Translations under genes and position numbers: made by a program | IMG/VR virus record: IMGVR_UViG_3300021425_003554 | Reading direction: 5' to 3' (one strand) | Source of the DNA: a virus | Taxonomy: Duplodnaviria; Caudoviricetes | Length of the DNA stretch: 64,000 nt | The notes under the pieces: generated by a model | Databases searched by the model: none | The model's input: the letters and a program-made list of their open reading frames with translations, nothing else | What the model was told of the DNA's origin: nothing | In this document: in pieces, positions 24,391 through 34,347 of the stretch | How positions within the stretch are numbered: position 1 is the stretch's first letter | Layout: each line of letters opens with the position of its first letter

Positions 24391-26523
24391 TTAAAATTTA
24401 AATTTAAATTTATCTCCTATGCTTCTCGCCACGGAAGCAATTTTGTTTCCAATATTACTTATTACATCAGAAACCTGGGTGACTTGGGTGACTTGGCTAC
24501 CGATGACATTTGTGTAAGTTTCAGTTATTTTACTCACCGACTTGATTGCTGTATCCACTTGGTTGACCGAATCTATTGCACTGTTGACTGTGTTCAATAC
24601 AGAACCTGCTGATTTTATCACTGTTTGTGCTTTACCCAATGCACCTTTTGTTGCTTTGTCAATCACAGAAACCGCGGCTTCGGTTCCTTTGGCATATATT
24701 ATACCGGAAGAAGTTGCGAGCACCTGTCTTATATTGCCTGTGTTTGTGACTCCTGTTGATTCTACTAATCTGTTAAACAATTCCATCTCACCCTTTCCCA
24801 AAGATTTGTAATCATTGAAAACTCCAGTTATGGAATCCGGCAATCCAATTTTTTTAGAATAATCTGCTTTAAAAATATTTGCTATTGAATTGATCGGTGT
24901 TGTTATATTTTTTTCTATTTCGGCATTTAGATCTGCTTCCGCTTGTGCAAATCTTATCGAAAATAAATTAGAATTTCTATTGGCGTTTTCTAATGCTCCC
25001 ACTGTTCCTGTGGCTGTTGATGCTCCGCCAACAGAACTAAAGATCGGGGTCCTGTCTAGATGTCCCCAATATGGCTCGTGAGTTGGAACTCTCATTCCAG
25101 TCAGTCCTGTAAGTTCTCTGTCAATCTTGTGCATCTCTCCTATAAATCTAGGAGTGACATCTTGATGTCCTACTGTTTGTGTTCCTGTGCCTGTGGGTTG
25201 TGCAAAACTTGTTCTGGTTAATCCTGGGACTAGATCAGTTTTTCCAATACTGTTAAAATGTATTTGATCTCCCACTAGATCCACCCTTCCTGCGGCTTGA
25301 TGTATTTGATTTCCTTGTACTGATTGTGTCAATAAACTATGTTTGGCTCTCAAGGTTAAAATACCCTCGTCTGAATCCAGTTGCACTGCACTTCTACCTA
25401 TTCCCCTTAACACATCAGCGTCCAGCGATAACCTACCTGTTTTTTCGTTGGCTTTTATCTTGATGTTGTTGTTGGCATACATATTGATATCGCCCTCTGC
25501 GTGAAAATTTATGTTTCCGCCTGACCTTATGTTATATCCTAATTGAGCATAAATGTCGACCATACCAGATTTAGAAAATTCCATCCATACACTTCCGTCG
25601 GCATTGGCCAGGTATACCACGCCTGCCGTGTCGTTCATTAATAATTGATGACCTGATGCCGATCTTAATCGTACTAATTGATTGTTTCCATCTACATCTC
25701 CGTCATCTAAGACAAAAGTGTGTCCGGGTCCTCTTGCTAATTGCTTAATTTCTTTTTTGTCCGAAGGACCTACTGGAGTTTTTTTACCTTTAGATCGCTG
25801 ATTGACTCTACCCGGAGTGCTGATACCAAACACACTGCTGGGTGATTCTCTTCTGACAGTTGATGTGGTTGTTCCCCTGACAGTATCCTGTGTCAGTCCT
25901 TGTTTCCTTAAAATATCTGCAAAAGGATGCATTGGTTTTTTTAATTTATCTATACCCAACGCCGATGCAGATGCAAAGTCTCCCCTGTTGGCTTCTCCTG
26001 TAGGAAGCACATCTGTTCCGTAATCTCGTATACGATTAAATCCTCCTGTTTGGCTAGGAGTTCCTGATAACTCATTTGCTTGTACTTCATCATAAGTTTT
26101 GTCCGCGGCAATACCCGGAATCATATTGTTCATATAAGGTTCCGGAACACATCCTATCCAATATCCTTCAGAAACATTTCCTTCAACAAATATGACCATT
26201 ACCCTTGTGTCGATGTCTGGTGGATTCATCCACATTCCATAAGAATGTTGAGAAGAATCATATTTTGTTATATCGGTAGCATCAACACCGTTTGTACTTT
26301 TTATACCATAGAAATGAGGTAGATATTTTACAATGTATAATTGATCCGTTGAAGGGTTGTTTGTGTTCGACAATGAAGGGATAGCCACTTTTAAAGTTCC
26401 CATTCGAGAAGGATCATCGTTTGATTTTATTATACCTATGTAAGGTCCCGGATTTATCTGTGTATAAGATGTACTGTTGATGTGTAAATTAGGAGTAGAA
26501 GTATCACCTTGATTGAATGCCAT
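24391..26523 (-). CDS. baseplate hub/spike protein, T4 gp5/VgrG-like (OB-fold plus beta-helix)
   Basis: GPYIGIIKSNDDPSRMGTLKVAIP, YGMWMNPPD..RVMVIF..YWIGC OB-fold; GHTFVLDDGD..LVRLRSASGHQLLMND beta-helix. Start taken at ATG 26523 (ORF track 26556 overlaps upstream gene). Confidence 0.85.
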   Translation of the reverse strand: MAFNQGDTSTPNLHINSTSYTQINPGPYIGIIKSNDDPSRMGTLKVAIPSLSNTNNPSTDQLYIVKYLPHFYGIKSTNGVDATDITKYDSSQHSYGMWMNPPDIDTRVMVIFVEGNVSEGYWIGCVPEPYMNNMIPGIAADKTYDEVQANELSGTPSQTGGFNRIRDYGTDVLPTGEANRGDFASASALGIDKLKKPMHPFADILRKQGLTQDTVRGTTTSTVRRESPSSVFGISTPGRVNQRSKGKKTPVGPSDKKEIKQLARGPGHTFVLDDGDVDGNNQLVRLRSASGHQLLMNDTAGVVYLANADGSVWMEFSKSGMVDIYAQLGYNIRSGGNINFHAEGDINMYANNNIKIKANEKTGRLSLDADVLRGIGRSAVQLDSDEGILTLRAKHSLLTQSVQGNQIHQAAGRVDLVGDQIHFNSIGKTDLVPGLTRTSFAQPTGTGTQTVGHQDVTPRFIGEMHKIDRELTGLTGMRVPTHEPYWGHLDRTPIFSSVGGASTATGTVGALENANRNSNLFSIRFAQAEADLNAEIEKNITTPINSIANIFKADYSKKIGLPDSITGVFNDYKSLGKGEMELFNRLVESTGVTNTGNIRQVLATSSGIIYAKGTEAAVSVIDKATKGALGKAQTVIKSAGSVLNTVNSAIDSVNQVDTAIKSVSKITETYTNVIGSQVTQVTQVSDVISNIGNKIASVARSIGDKFKFKF

Positions 26524-26527
26524 AATT

Positions 26528-28747
26528 TTATGCGGCTCCCTCTCCGTAGTTGCCACCGTCTTTTGGTAAGTCTATCGGGGCGTAATCAATTGTATTTTTA
26601 TTGGTTTTTTTATCTTCCGTTAATTCTGCTTTTGTTGGCACTTTGATCTCCATTCCTTGATTATTTAAACGAACGCAAGTGAGCTCTTGAGTAAACTGGC
26701 CTTTTTCAAAAGTACTGACAACACGAGGCACTTTATATAATCCGGTGAACTGTATATTTTCTAAATTGGAAAAATCCATTACTCCTTTTATTTCATTGAT
26801 ATCTGTTGGAAATCTAAAATTGAGATTCATTAATGCCTCTGCCTGATCAAAATTAAAACATTGTCTTTTTTCGTCCCATGCATAATTGCCTAGACTACCT
26901 ACCATTTCGTAAGAATCAAGACCGGATCTTTTGACTGGTAAAAAATGATCTTGTCCGCACCATGCTGGATCTCCCATTATCTTTAAATTTACGTTTACCA
27001 TATCTCCTCTGGGATTTGTTAGATATTCAAAGTATTCGTCCAATACCGGAGAACCATCGAGGTCACGCTGATAACCTTTCGCTGAAGATTGTATTGACGG
27101 ATAACTTCTCAAGGGTAAAAGGCCATCCGGATACGGTGTGTTAGACTGAGCTACCAGTCTTGCAAATTTATCACCTATGCTGAGATTCATTTTATCTTGT
27201 GCCACACCCGGCAAATTATTTGATAGTCTTGCTTGAAAATATCCGTATTTGTAATCTATCGATAAATCTAAAACTTCTGTGTTGTTGCCTGTGAATACAT
27301 AGTCGTAAACTTTTTTTACTCTCGCAAATTTTGCCAATGGCAAACTCATTCCAGGTATAACAAAATTCATAACATGAACTTTGAAAGGCACCACGTGGAA
27401 CTCTATAATTTTTGGATGCATCTTGGTTATTGAATCTAATTGATTGTTTAATGTTCTCACATTTGTGATGACCTTGAACCAAGGAACCATGAAATCTGTA
27501 TCTGCGGTATCTCCTGTATCAACATTTGTTGTGGTTTTCCATTTTCTCAAAACAAGATCTGTTATGTTTTTATAGTAGTCGGCCTGTTTTACTAAATCGG
27601 TAATAATTTTTGCTATACTCATGCCAGGCCTTACTGTTGCTTTGAATCCGCCTGTTTGATTTATATTATAATTAGAACTTCCTTGATTCTTTAAAGGTGT
27701 ACCATCTTCCGGATTGGCCACGCGTGGATCGATTTTAATAACATATGCATCTCTTGTTGCTCTAAGTTGTTTTTCTATTTCGTCATCTTGTGCCACTGTC
27801 AATTGATTTGCAAGGTGATCCAGTGCTGACTGTAACGTCGGATGTGCGGCCGAAAAAAAGTTTTTAATTTTGTCCACTATTGTGTATGTGCTTCTAGTAT
27901 ATAAAAACCTATCGGTCATGGCGAACTCTGTCCACGGCACAGCCGTTAAATTGTAACTAGTGACTCCATTATTAAAAGTCATGGGTGCATTTGTGATCTT
28001 TATTGGCATTACTCTTTTGCTATCAGGTATAGATATTTCTCTACCTAACTCATCTGTGCCTTTGAATTCTAATGTCAACAGGTACGGAGCATCTATATGA
28101 TCCTGAAACCCGTTATTCCAAGAAGCCGCTTTTAATTTTTCAAAAAGTGTTATGCCGTGGGGTTCAACTAACTCTATTTCAATTTTATTGTAGTTCATTA
28201 ATTTTCTTTGCTCGTTTGGTCTATTTGTGCTGTCTATGATCACCCTTTCAAAAAATATATCGTGTCCCCTTCTTAATACATTATCCGACTGTCTGAGTCC
28301 ATCTAGTAACCCTTCTGTTTCACTTTCGCTAAATTTTCTTGTTGTAATTTTTCCATCTATGTTTCTAATCGAATCGGGTGTGCTCGTTTTAAATGCTGTG
28401 AAAGATTCTTTGTCCCCTATTCCACCCGATCTAGCAATAACATCATGTGGAGAATTTGTTAAAATATCTTCGGGATTTTCTAAATCACTTGAAGATAAAG
28501 CAGACAAAGTGAAAAGGTAATTGTATGTTGCAAATTTGTTTAACGTGTTAGGAGAAGGCAATTCGTATTCTGTGCCTTGCCCTGATTGTTTGTTGTAGTT
28601 TAGTGATGTAATTTTTTGTGTTACCCCGTCCATTGCGGAATTTTTTAAAAAACTTTCCACGTCTAAATATTCTCCATCGTTCCCTCTGGCATTGTAATTC
28701 CTAGACGCCCTTATAGTGATAGGTTTTCCTTTGGTTATCTTAGCCAT
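26528..28747 (-). CDS. baseplate hub protein (gp27-like position)
   Basis: PNTLNKFATYNYLFTLS, IELVEPHGITLFEKL, PYLLTLEFKG, VNLKIMGDPAW, FTGLYKV..STFEKGQFTQELTCVR; lies between gp53 and gp5. Confidence 0.7.
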   Translation of the reverse strand: MAKITKGKPITIRASRNYNARGNDGEYLDVESFLKNSAMDGVTQKITSLNYNKQSGQGTEYELPSPNTLNKFATYNYLFTLSALSSSDLENPEDILTNSPHDVIARSGGIGDKESFTAFKTSTPDSIRNIDGKITTRKFSESETEGLLDGLRQSDNVLRRGHDIFFERVIIDSTNRPNEQRKLMNYNKIEIELVEPHGITLFEKLKAASWNNGFQDHIDAPYLLTLEFKGTDELGREISIPDSKRVMPIKITNAPMTFNNGVTSYNLTAVPWTEFAMTDRFLYTRSTYTIVDKIKNFFSAAHPTLQSALDHLANQLTVAQDDEIEKQLRATRDAYVIKIDPRVANPEDGTPLKNQGSSNYNINQTGGFKATVRPGMSIAKIITDLVKQADYYKNITDLVLRKWKTTTNVDTGDTADTDFMVPWFKVITNVRTLNNQLDSITKMHPKIIEFHVVPFKVHVMNFVIPGMSLPLAKFARVKKVYDYVFTGNNTEVLDLSIDYKYGYFQARLSNNLPGVAQDKMNLSIGDKFARLVAQSNTPYPDGLLPLRSYPSIQSSAKGYQRDLDGSPVLDEYFEYLTNPRGDMVNVNLKIMGDPAWCGQDHFLPVKRSGLDSYEMVGSLGNYAWDEKRQCFNFDQAEALMNLNFRFPTDINEIKGVMDFSNLENIQFTGLYKVPRVVSTFEKGQFTQELTCVRLNNQGMEIKVPTKAELTEDKKTNKNTIDYAPIDLPKDGGNYGEGAA

Positions 28748-28748
28748 G

Positions 28749-29048
28749 TTATAACCCTAGGTCAGTTTTAAGATTGCTTAACTTCGGCAATCGAATCGTA
28801 ACTCCTGGAGCAAAATCATAAATTGGGTCTTCGATGTAATCTGGATTTCTTTGAGCAAACACCCACCATAGTCGAGGAGTACCGTATAAGTCATATGCCA
28901 ACAAGTCTGGACGATATGCATATATTCTATCAATTGTATATTCTATATCGTCTTGTTCGGCTGTGATTGCTCTCGCAACAAGAAAATCTAAACTTATATT
29001 ATTTTCAGGTGTTGCGAAATAAGGTGATGTTGTACTATATTTTGCCAT
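28749..29048 (-). CDS. LysM-like baseplate wedge protein, T4 gp53-like
   Basis: YRPDLLAYDLYGTPRLWWVFAQRN..DPIYDF..IRLP. Confidence 0.88.
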   Translation of the reverse strand: MAKYSTTSPYFATPENNISLDFLVARAITAEQDDIEYTIDRIYAYRPDLLAYDLYGTPRLWWVFAQRNPDYIEDPIYDFAPGVTIRLPKLSNLKTDLGL

Positions 29049-29049
29049 A

Positions 29050-29952
29050 TTAAATATATCCTATTCCTGAACCATTGTTTCCGTTTAGGTTACCGTTCAC
29101 AAAGTCTTTCATATTAAATTTCTTCACAGACTCTCTAGAATAAACAGGTTGTAATTGTAGTGTTACCTGTGACAGCGTAGGTGCCCACGATTTATTAGAA
29201 CTTGGATCTACTACCGTTGATGATGTTGGCAACAGTCCTCTTCTATCCGTTTGTTGTTCGGTACAAATATAATCAACATCGTTTCTTAGATCGACAGTAA
29301 AGTTTGTGACTACAACAGGTATTTTGTTGAAGACATAATTTCCATATCCATTCAATTGTAATATCGGTGGAGGATTTCCTCTCATTCCGTCTGTTTTTCC
29401 TGTGTCATCAACACTGTCTCCAAAAAACATTTTTGTCGCTGATCTGAAGAAATGTAGCATGGCTATCCAATACTGAGCATCTGTTTGATTCTGTACAGGA
29501 AATTCGCCAACCAAGGTAAAACTTGGTAACTCACTGTTTTGATATGCGTAAAAAGGATAATTGCTATGAGTGGCTGTCATTGGATTGTAATTTGCTGTAT
29601 GGCTGATAATCACCGACGGTGTTAAAGGAAAAATAACTCCCCCTTCATTTGCCAAGGGTGCCAAAATATTATTTGTCGATGCATTAAAGGCTCCGGCCGG
29701 GTCGCCCGGATCTACCTGTATTGCATTTTGTTGCTGTACTCCGAAAAATTTTTCATATACGATACTGCCGGGAGGTAAAATTACCTTAATACGCTGATCT
29801 GCCGCTTTGTCCCTTACCGACCACGAAGCATTAGATCTAAGTTTGTTGTTGGCTTCTGCTCCTGCACGTAATCCTGCACCGGTCAGTCTACCCAGAGTTT
29901 TATTGAAAATAGTGGTGCCTATTTTTTTACCTGTTTCTATAATTCCAGCCAT
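29050..29952 (-). CDS. tail tube initiator / baseplate-tube junction protein (gp48/gp54-like)
   Basis: GVIFPLTPSVIISHTANY..THSNYPFYAY, PPPILQLNGYGNYVFNKIPVVVTNFTVDL. Confidence 0.7.
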   Translation of the reverse strand: MAGIIETGKKIGTTIFNKTLGRLTGAGLRAGAEANNKLRSNASWSVRDKAADQRIKVILPPGSIVYEKFFGVQQQNAIQVDPGDPAGAFNASTNNILAPLANEGGVIFPLTPSVIISHTANYNPMTATHSNYPFYAYQNSELPSFTLVGEFPVQNQTDAQYWIAMLHFFRSATKMFFGDSVDDTGKTDGMRGNPPPILQLNGYGNYVFNKIPVVVTNFTVDLRNDVDYICTEQQTDRRGLLPTSSTVVDPSSNKSWAPTLSQVTLQLQPVYSRESVKKFNMKDFVNGNLNGNNGSGIGYI

Positions 29953-29996
29953 TTTATTTGGTTGCTCTTCCTTTAAATTTCTTGTATACTAAACAA

Positions 29997-30004
29997 TATT
30001 TATA
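29997..30004 (-). promoter_or_regulatory. T4-type late promoter (TATAAATA) at head of baseplate operon
   Basis: Exact TATAAATA on minus strand upstream of 29952; gp55 is encoded adjacent. Confidence 0.75.
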
Positions 30005-30085
30005 GGCATTTTAATAGGCGCATATTATTCACATACGGCAAGATTTTGCATCAATTTACGTTAATTAATTAGTTAGGAGAATTTA

Positions 30086-31093
30086 GTGGTTAAAAGAGTA
30101 AACTACCTGAACAACAAAGATCTGTTGAGTGAGATACACAAGAGCAAAAATAGTTACTGTTCGTATGTGTCCCCCGATGATAGCAACTACGATATAATCG
30201 TGTCTGACATCAAAAAAATCAACGGTGCCAACATCGCAAAGGCCCGTAAGGCCAAAGCAAAAAGACTGACACAGGAAGCCTGGGAACAGGCCAAGTCTGG
30301 TGGAAACAAGAGAATTAAGATGAGCGACTTTGAAGTTTCTCCTAGAAAAATTTCCAAGACAGATATTGTTTTTCGTGTGATGACCTTTGAACACATACCC
30401 GAAGACTTGCAAAGAAAAAAGAGACCGAAGACCGAGGCAGACAATCATACGAAAATTAATTTTCCACCTTTTCAACACTACAGGATCGACGAAAAAGGCA
30501 AACCAAAATGTGTTGGAAAAAGTCACTGGACTGGCGGAATGGTTAACGGACAGTTTTCAATAGATCATGGAAAAATGACCAACAAGTTGGCTTTGATGTA
30601 CATGAAACTGTGTGAAAGATATGGTACAAGAAGCAACTGGAGAGGTTACACTTACAATGATGAGATGCAGTCACAGGCATTGATGCAACTATCACAGATA
30701 GGATTACAATTCGACGAGGTCAAATCAGACAATCCTTTTGCTTATTACACCGCGGCCATAACAAACTCATTCACTCGTATATTAAACATCGAGAAAAAAA
30801 ATCAAAATATTCGAGATGACATAATGGAACTGAATAACTTGATGCCTAGTTATACTAGACAATCAAAAAACGAAGAAATTGCAAAATCCGAGAGAGAAGA
30901 CAGAGAAAATGCTTTAAAGAAAAAGAAAATAAAGAAAAGTTATTACATTACCAGCAACGGAGATAAGATAGAAAGAACAGTTGAACCTTCTCCGGTAACA
31001 GTGTATACTAAAAAAGCAATTGCTGAACTAAACAAGAAAATGAAAAAGTCGGGTACACTGACTGCGAAAGATTTTGAAAAAGTAAGAAAGTAA
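30086..31093 (+). CDS. late-transcription sigma factor, T4 gp55-like, with N- and C-terminal extensions
   Basis: NYLNNKDLL; ERYGTRSNWRGYTYNDEM..LQFDEVKSDNPFAYYTAAITNSFTRILNIEKK; GTG start with AGGAG SD. Confidence 0.9.
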   Translation: MVKRVNYLNNKDLLSEIHKSKNSYCSYVSPDDSNYDIIVSDIKKINGANIAKARKAKAKRLTQEAWEQAKSGGNKRIKMSDFEVSPRKISKTDIVFRVMTFEHIPEDLQRKKRPKTEADNHTKINFPPFQHYRIDEKGKPKCVGKSHWTGGMVNGQFSIDHGKMTNKLALMYMKLCERYGTRSNWRGYTYNDEMQSQALMQLSQIGLQFDEVKSDNPFAYYTAAITNSFTRILNIEKKNQNIRDDIMELNNLMPSYTRQSKNEEIAKSEREDRENALKKKKIKKSYYITSNGDKIERTVEPSPVTVYTKKAIAELNKKMKKSGTLTAKDFEKVRK

Positions 31094-31096
31094 CAC

Positions 31097-32119
31097 ATGA
31101 CAACATTTAAAAAAGTGGCCTGTTTTACGGACATACACTTTGGCCTTAAAGGAAATTCCAGAATACACAACGACGACTGTGAAGAATTCATCTATTGGTT
31201 TATAGAAACAGCAAAAGAAAACAACTGTGAAACTTGTATCTTTTTAGGTGATTGGCATCATCATAGAAGTTCTACCAATGTCAGTACCATGAATTATACT
31301 GTTTCTAACATCGAGCGATTGGGTAAGGCATTTGAAAAAGTGTATGTGATCATGGGCAACCACGATTTATTCTATAGAGAAAAAAGAGAAATCAACTCCA
31401 TGGAGTTCGCAAGAAATATTCCCAACGTACATCTAGTAAACAGTTGGATCGAAAACGATGATGTAGCAATCATTCCATGGTTAGAACCGGAAGAGTATCT
31501 AAAAATTCCAAATATGAAACAAAAATATATATTTGGTCATTTTGAAATTCCTTATTTTAAAATGAATGCCATGGTCGATATGCCCGATGTTGGAGGAATT
31601 AAAGCAGAACACTTTGTTCATCAGCAATTTGTTTTTTCAGGTCATTTTCATAAAAGACAGGTTAGAAACAATATACATTATATCGGTAATGCTTTTCCTC
31701 ACAACTACGCAGATGCCGGCGATGACGAAAGAGGAATGATGATATTGGAACACGGCGGAAAACCACAATACATAAACTGGCCAAATATGCCTGTTTATCG
31801 TCATTATAAAATTTCACAACTATTAGAGAACGCAGATGCATTATTGAAGGAAAAAATGTATGTGCGTGTTGGTTTGGATATAAAAATTTCTTACGAAGAA
31901 GCAAATTTCATTAGAGAAACATTTTTAGAGAAATATAAATTGAGAGAATTACAATTAATACCGGAACAACTAGACACTGTTGATCAACCAACAGTACACA
32001 TTGAAAAGTTTGATTCTGTTGATCAAATCGTGATCAAACAACTGGAAAGTGTAGATTCAAAAACGTACGATAAACAAATACTGATGGCCATATACAATAA
32101 TTTAGATGTCAACAACTAA
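31097..32119 (+). CDS. recombination nuclease subunit, T4 gp47 (Mre11/SbcD-like)
   Basis: FTDIHFG, FLGDWHH, MGNHDL, FGHFE, FSGHFH metallophosphoesterase motifs. Confidence 0.95.
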   Translation: MTTFKKVACFTDIHFGLKGNSRIHNDDCEEFIYWFIETAKENNCETCIFLGDWHHHRSSTNVSTMNYTVSNIERLGKAFEKVYVIMGNHDLFYREKREINSMEFARNIPNVHLVNSWIENDDVAIIPWLEPEEYLKIPNMKQKYIFGHFEIPYFKMNAMVDMPDVGGIKAEHFVHQQFVFSGHFHKRQVRNNIHYIGNAFPHNYADAGDDERGMMILEHGGKPQYINWPNMPVYRHYKISQLLENADALLKEKMYVRVGLDIKISYEEANFIRETFLEKYKLRELQLIPEQLDTVDQPTVHIEKFDSVDQIVIKQLESVDSKTYDKQILMAIYNNLDVNN

Positions 32120-32267
32120 AAAAATAACAAAGAAAAAACTTATGCAGATTTTAAAATCCGAACCTGAAGAAATTAATTTAATCAACGATTTCTTGTATCG
32201 TAAACCCACGCAAAAGGAATGGATTGCTGGTTATTGGCGTTGGAGGAAAGAACAGGAAAAAAAATAG
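32106..32267 (+). CDS. small 53-aa hypothetical protein between gp47 and gp46
   Basis: ATG 32106 overlaps gp47 end; MSTTKKITKKKLMQILKSEPEEINLINDFLYRKPTQKEWIAGYWRWRKEQEKK; its TAG abuts the gp46 ATG. Confidence 0.6.
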   Translation: MSTTKKITKKKLMQILKSEPEEINLINDFLYRKPTQKEWIAGYWRWRKEQEKK

Positions 32268-34037
32268 ATGCTGACTATTAAAACATTAACTGTAAAGAAT
32301 TTTCTTTCTGTTGGTAATCAAGCACAGGCCATTAACTTCCAAGGTAAAAATCTTGTTTTAGTGATTGGTGAAAACATGGATCTTGGGGGCGACGATGCTG
32401 GTGCAAGAAACGGAACAGGTAAAACAACTATAATCAATGCCATAAGTTACGCATTTTTTGGTGAAGCACTGACAAACATAAGAAAAGATAATCTAGTTAA
32501 TAAGACCAACAACAAAGACATGGTGGTCGGTGTTGAATTTGAAAAGAATGGTATCAAATATAAAATTGAGAGGGGAAGAAAACCTCAAGTGCTTAGGTTC
32601 TACGCCAACGACATAGAACAAGAATCAAACGAAGCACAAGGTGAAAACAGAGAAACGCAACATGAAATAAACAAATTGATCGGCATGACTCATGCTATGT
32701 TTAAAAATATCATGGCATTAAACACATATTCACAACCCTTCTTGGCAACAAAACAAGCAGAACAAAGAGAAATTATTGAACAACTTTTGGGTATAACAAT
32801 ACTTTCAGAGAAAGCAGACTTGCTTAAAGCACAAATGAAGGCAACTAAAGATGACGCAACAACAGAAAAATTTAAATTAGATTCGATTGTCAGTTCGAAT
32901 GAAAAAATTAACGAATCAATTAAAAATTTAAAATTAAGAAACTCTGCGTGGGAAACTCAACAAAAAGACGATATTAAAAAATTTAAATTTGCCATTAGCG
33001 ATCTAGAAAAGGTAGATATTGAAAAAGAACTAGATTTACACAAACAAATACAAAAACACGAAGAAAATTCAAAAGCACTAAAAAGTTTGGAAAAAGAGAA
33101 AGCATACCACGAAGACAGTTTGACTAAAACAGTCAGACAAATTGGGTTGAAACAAAAAGATATTGAATATGCCAAAGAAGCCAAGTGTCCTACTTGTGAA
33201 CAAACTTTGCATGATGAAAAACATCAACAGTTGTTATCAAAACTGGAAAATGATCTTGACGAGTTACAAAAAGACGAAACAAAATTAACTAGTGATTTAG
33301 ATGCAATTAATAAAAACATTTCAGCAATTGGAGATATTGGTATTTTACCTGACACTTATTATGATACCATCGATGACGCCTATAATCATAAAGGATCACT
33401 GGCAGACTTGAAAAGACAACTAGAACAAACAGAAAACAAAGAAAATCCATATCAAGAACAAATCGAAGAACTGACTAAATCCGCATTACAAAAAGTTGAT
33501 TATACCAAAGTCAACGAACTAGAAGATTTATTAAAACATCAAGATTTTTTATACAAACTACTTACTGCAAAAGATTCGTTCATTCGAACACGAATTATCG
33601 AACAAAACTTAACATATTTAAATCAACGTCTGGCATGGTACTTGTCACAAGTTAAATTACCTCACACAGTGACCTTCCAATCAGATTTAACTGTGCAAAT
33701 TGAAGAACTGGGCAGAGAACTGGATTTTGATAATTTGAGTCGAGGTGAACGTAACAGATTGATACTTTCGTTGAGTTGGGCATTCAGAGATGTGTGGGAA
33801 AGTCTTTATCAACAGATCAACTTACTGTTCATTGACGAACTTATTGATGCAGGAATGGACACATCGGGTGTGGAATCTGCCATGGCAGTTTTGAAGGACA
33901 TGGCTCGTAAACAACAAAAAAATATATTCTTGATATCACACAAGGACGAGTTGGTGAGCAGAGTAAACTCTGTGTTAAAAGTGGTAAAAGAAAACGGTTT
34001 TACCAATTATGCCAACGATGTTGAAGTTATTATTTAG
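32268..34037 (+). CDS. recombination ATPase subunit, T4 gp46 (Rad50/SbcC-like)
   Basis: VKNFLSVGN, Walker A GARNGTGKTT, zinc hook CPTC, LSRGERNR signature, LLFIDE Walker B, FLISH. Confidence 0.95.
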   Translation: MLTIKTLTVKNFLSVGNQAQAINFQGKNLVLVIGENMDLGGDDAGARNGTGKTTIINAISYAFFGEALTNIRKDNLVNKTNNKDMVVGVEFEKNGIKYKIERGRKPQVLRFYANDIEQESNEAQGENRETQHEINKLIGMTHAMFKNIMALNTYSQPFLATKQAEQREIIEQLLGITILSEKADLLKAQMKATKDDATTEKFKLDSIVSSNEKINESIKNLKLRNSAWETQQKDDIKKFKFAISDLEKVDIEKELDLHKQIQKHEENSKALKSLEKEKAYHEDSLTKTVRQIGLKQKDIEYAKEAKCPTCEQTLHDEKHQQLLSKLENDLDELQKDETKLTSDLDAINKNISAIGDIGILPDTYYDTIDDAYNHKGSLADLKRQLEQTENKENPYQEQIEELTKSALQKVDYTKVNELEDLLKHQDFLYKLLTAKDSFIRTRIIEQNLTYLNQRLAWYLSQVKLPHTVTFQSDLTVQIEELGRELDFDNLSRGERNRLILSLSWAFRDVWESLYQQINLLFIDELIDAGMDTSGVESAMAVLKDMARKQQKNIFLISHKDELVSRVNSVLKVVKENGFTNYANDVEVII

Positions 34038-34038
34038 G

Positions 34039-34068
34039 TTGACTAAACCACAAATAGCGTCGTACAAT
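34039..34068 (+). promoter_or_regulatory. sigma70-type promoter (TTGACT-18 nt-TACAAT) for the Hc1-like gene
   Basis: Near-consensus -35/-10 hexamers upstream of AAGGAG SD and ATG 34111. Confidence 0.6.
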
Positions 34069-34110
34069 ACGAATATAGTTAATTAATTAACACAATACAA
34101 AGGAGAACAA

Positions 34111-34317
34111 ATGTCAGCAACACACGAGTCAATAATGACAGCAATTCAAACTTATTCCGAAGAGAATTCAAAATTCACGGAAAAAGGTGTTAAGGCATCA
34201 GCAACAAGAGCCAGAAAAGCACTTGCTGAACTTGGCAAATTAATTAAAGCAAGAAGAAAAGAAATTCAAGAAACTAAGAACGCAGAAAAAGCCGCATCGG
34301 CTCCTGCCGCTGAATAA
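34111..34317 (+). CDS. histone H1-like (Hc1-family) small basic DNA-binding protein
   Basis: KF.EKGVKASATRARKALAELGKLIKARRKEI matches the KGNKAAxxRxR helix-turn pattern of Hc1-like proteins; strong SD. Confidence 0.65.
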   Translation: MSATHESIMTAIQTYSEENSKFTEKGVKASATRARKALAELGKLIKARRKEIQETKNAEKAASAPAAE

Positions 34318-34347
34318 TATTACTTCTTCTTTTTTGTTATAACAACA

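Noticed and set aside
24476-24493. TGGGTGACT x2 tandem repeat
   Set aside because: Short in-frame coding repeat (QVT) with no further significance
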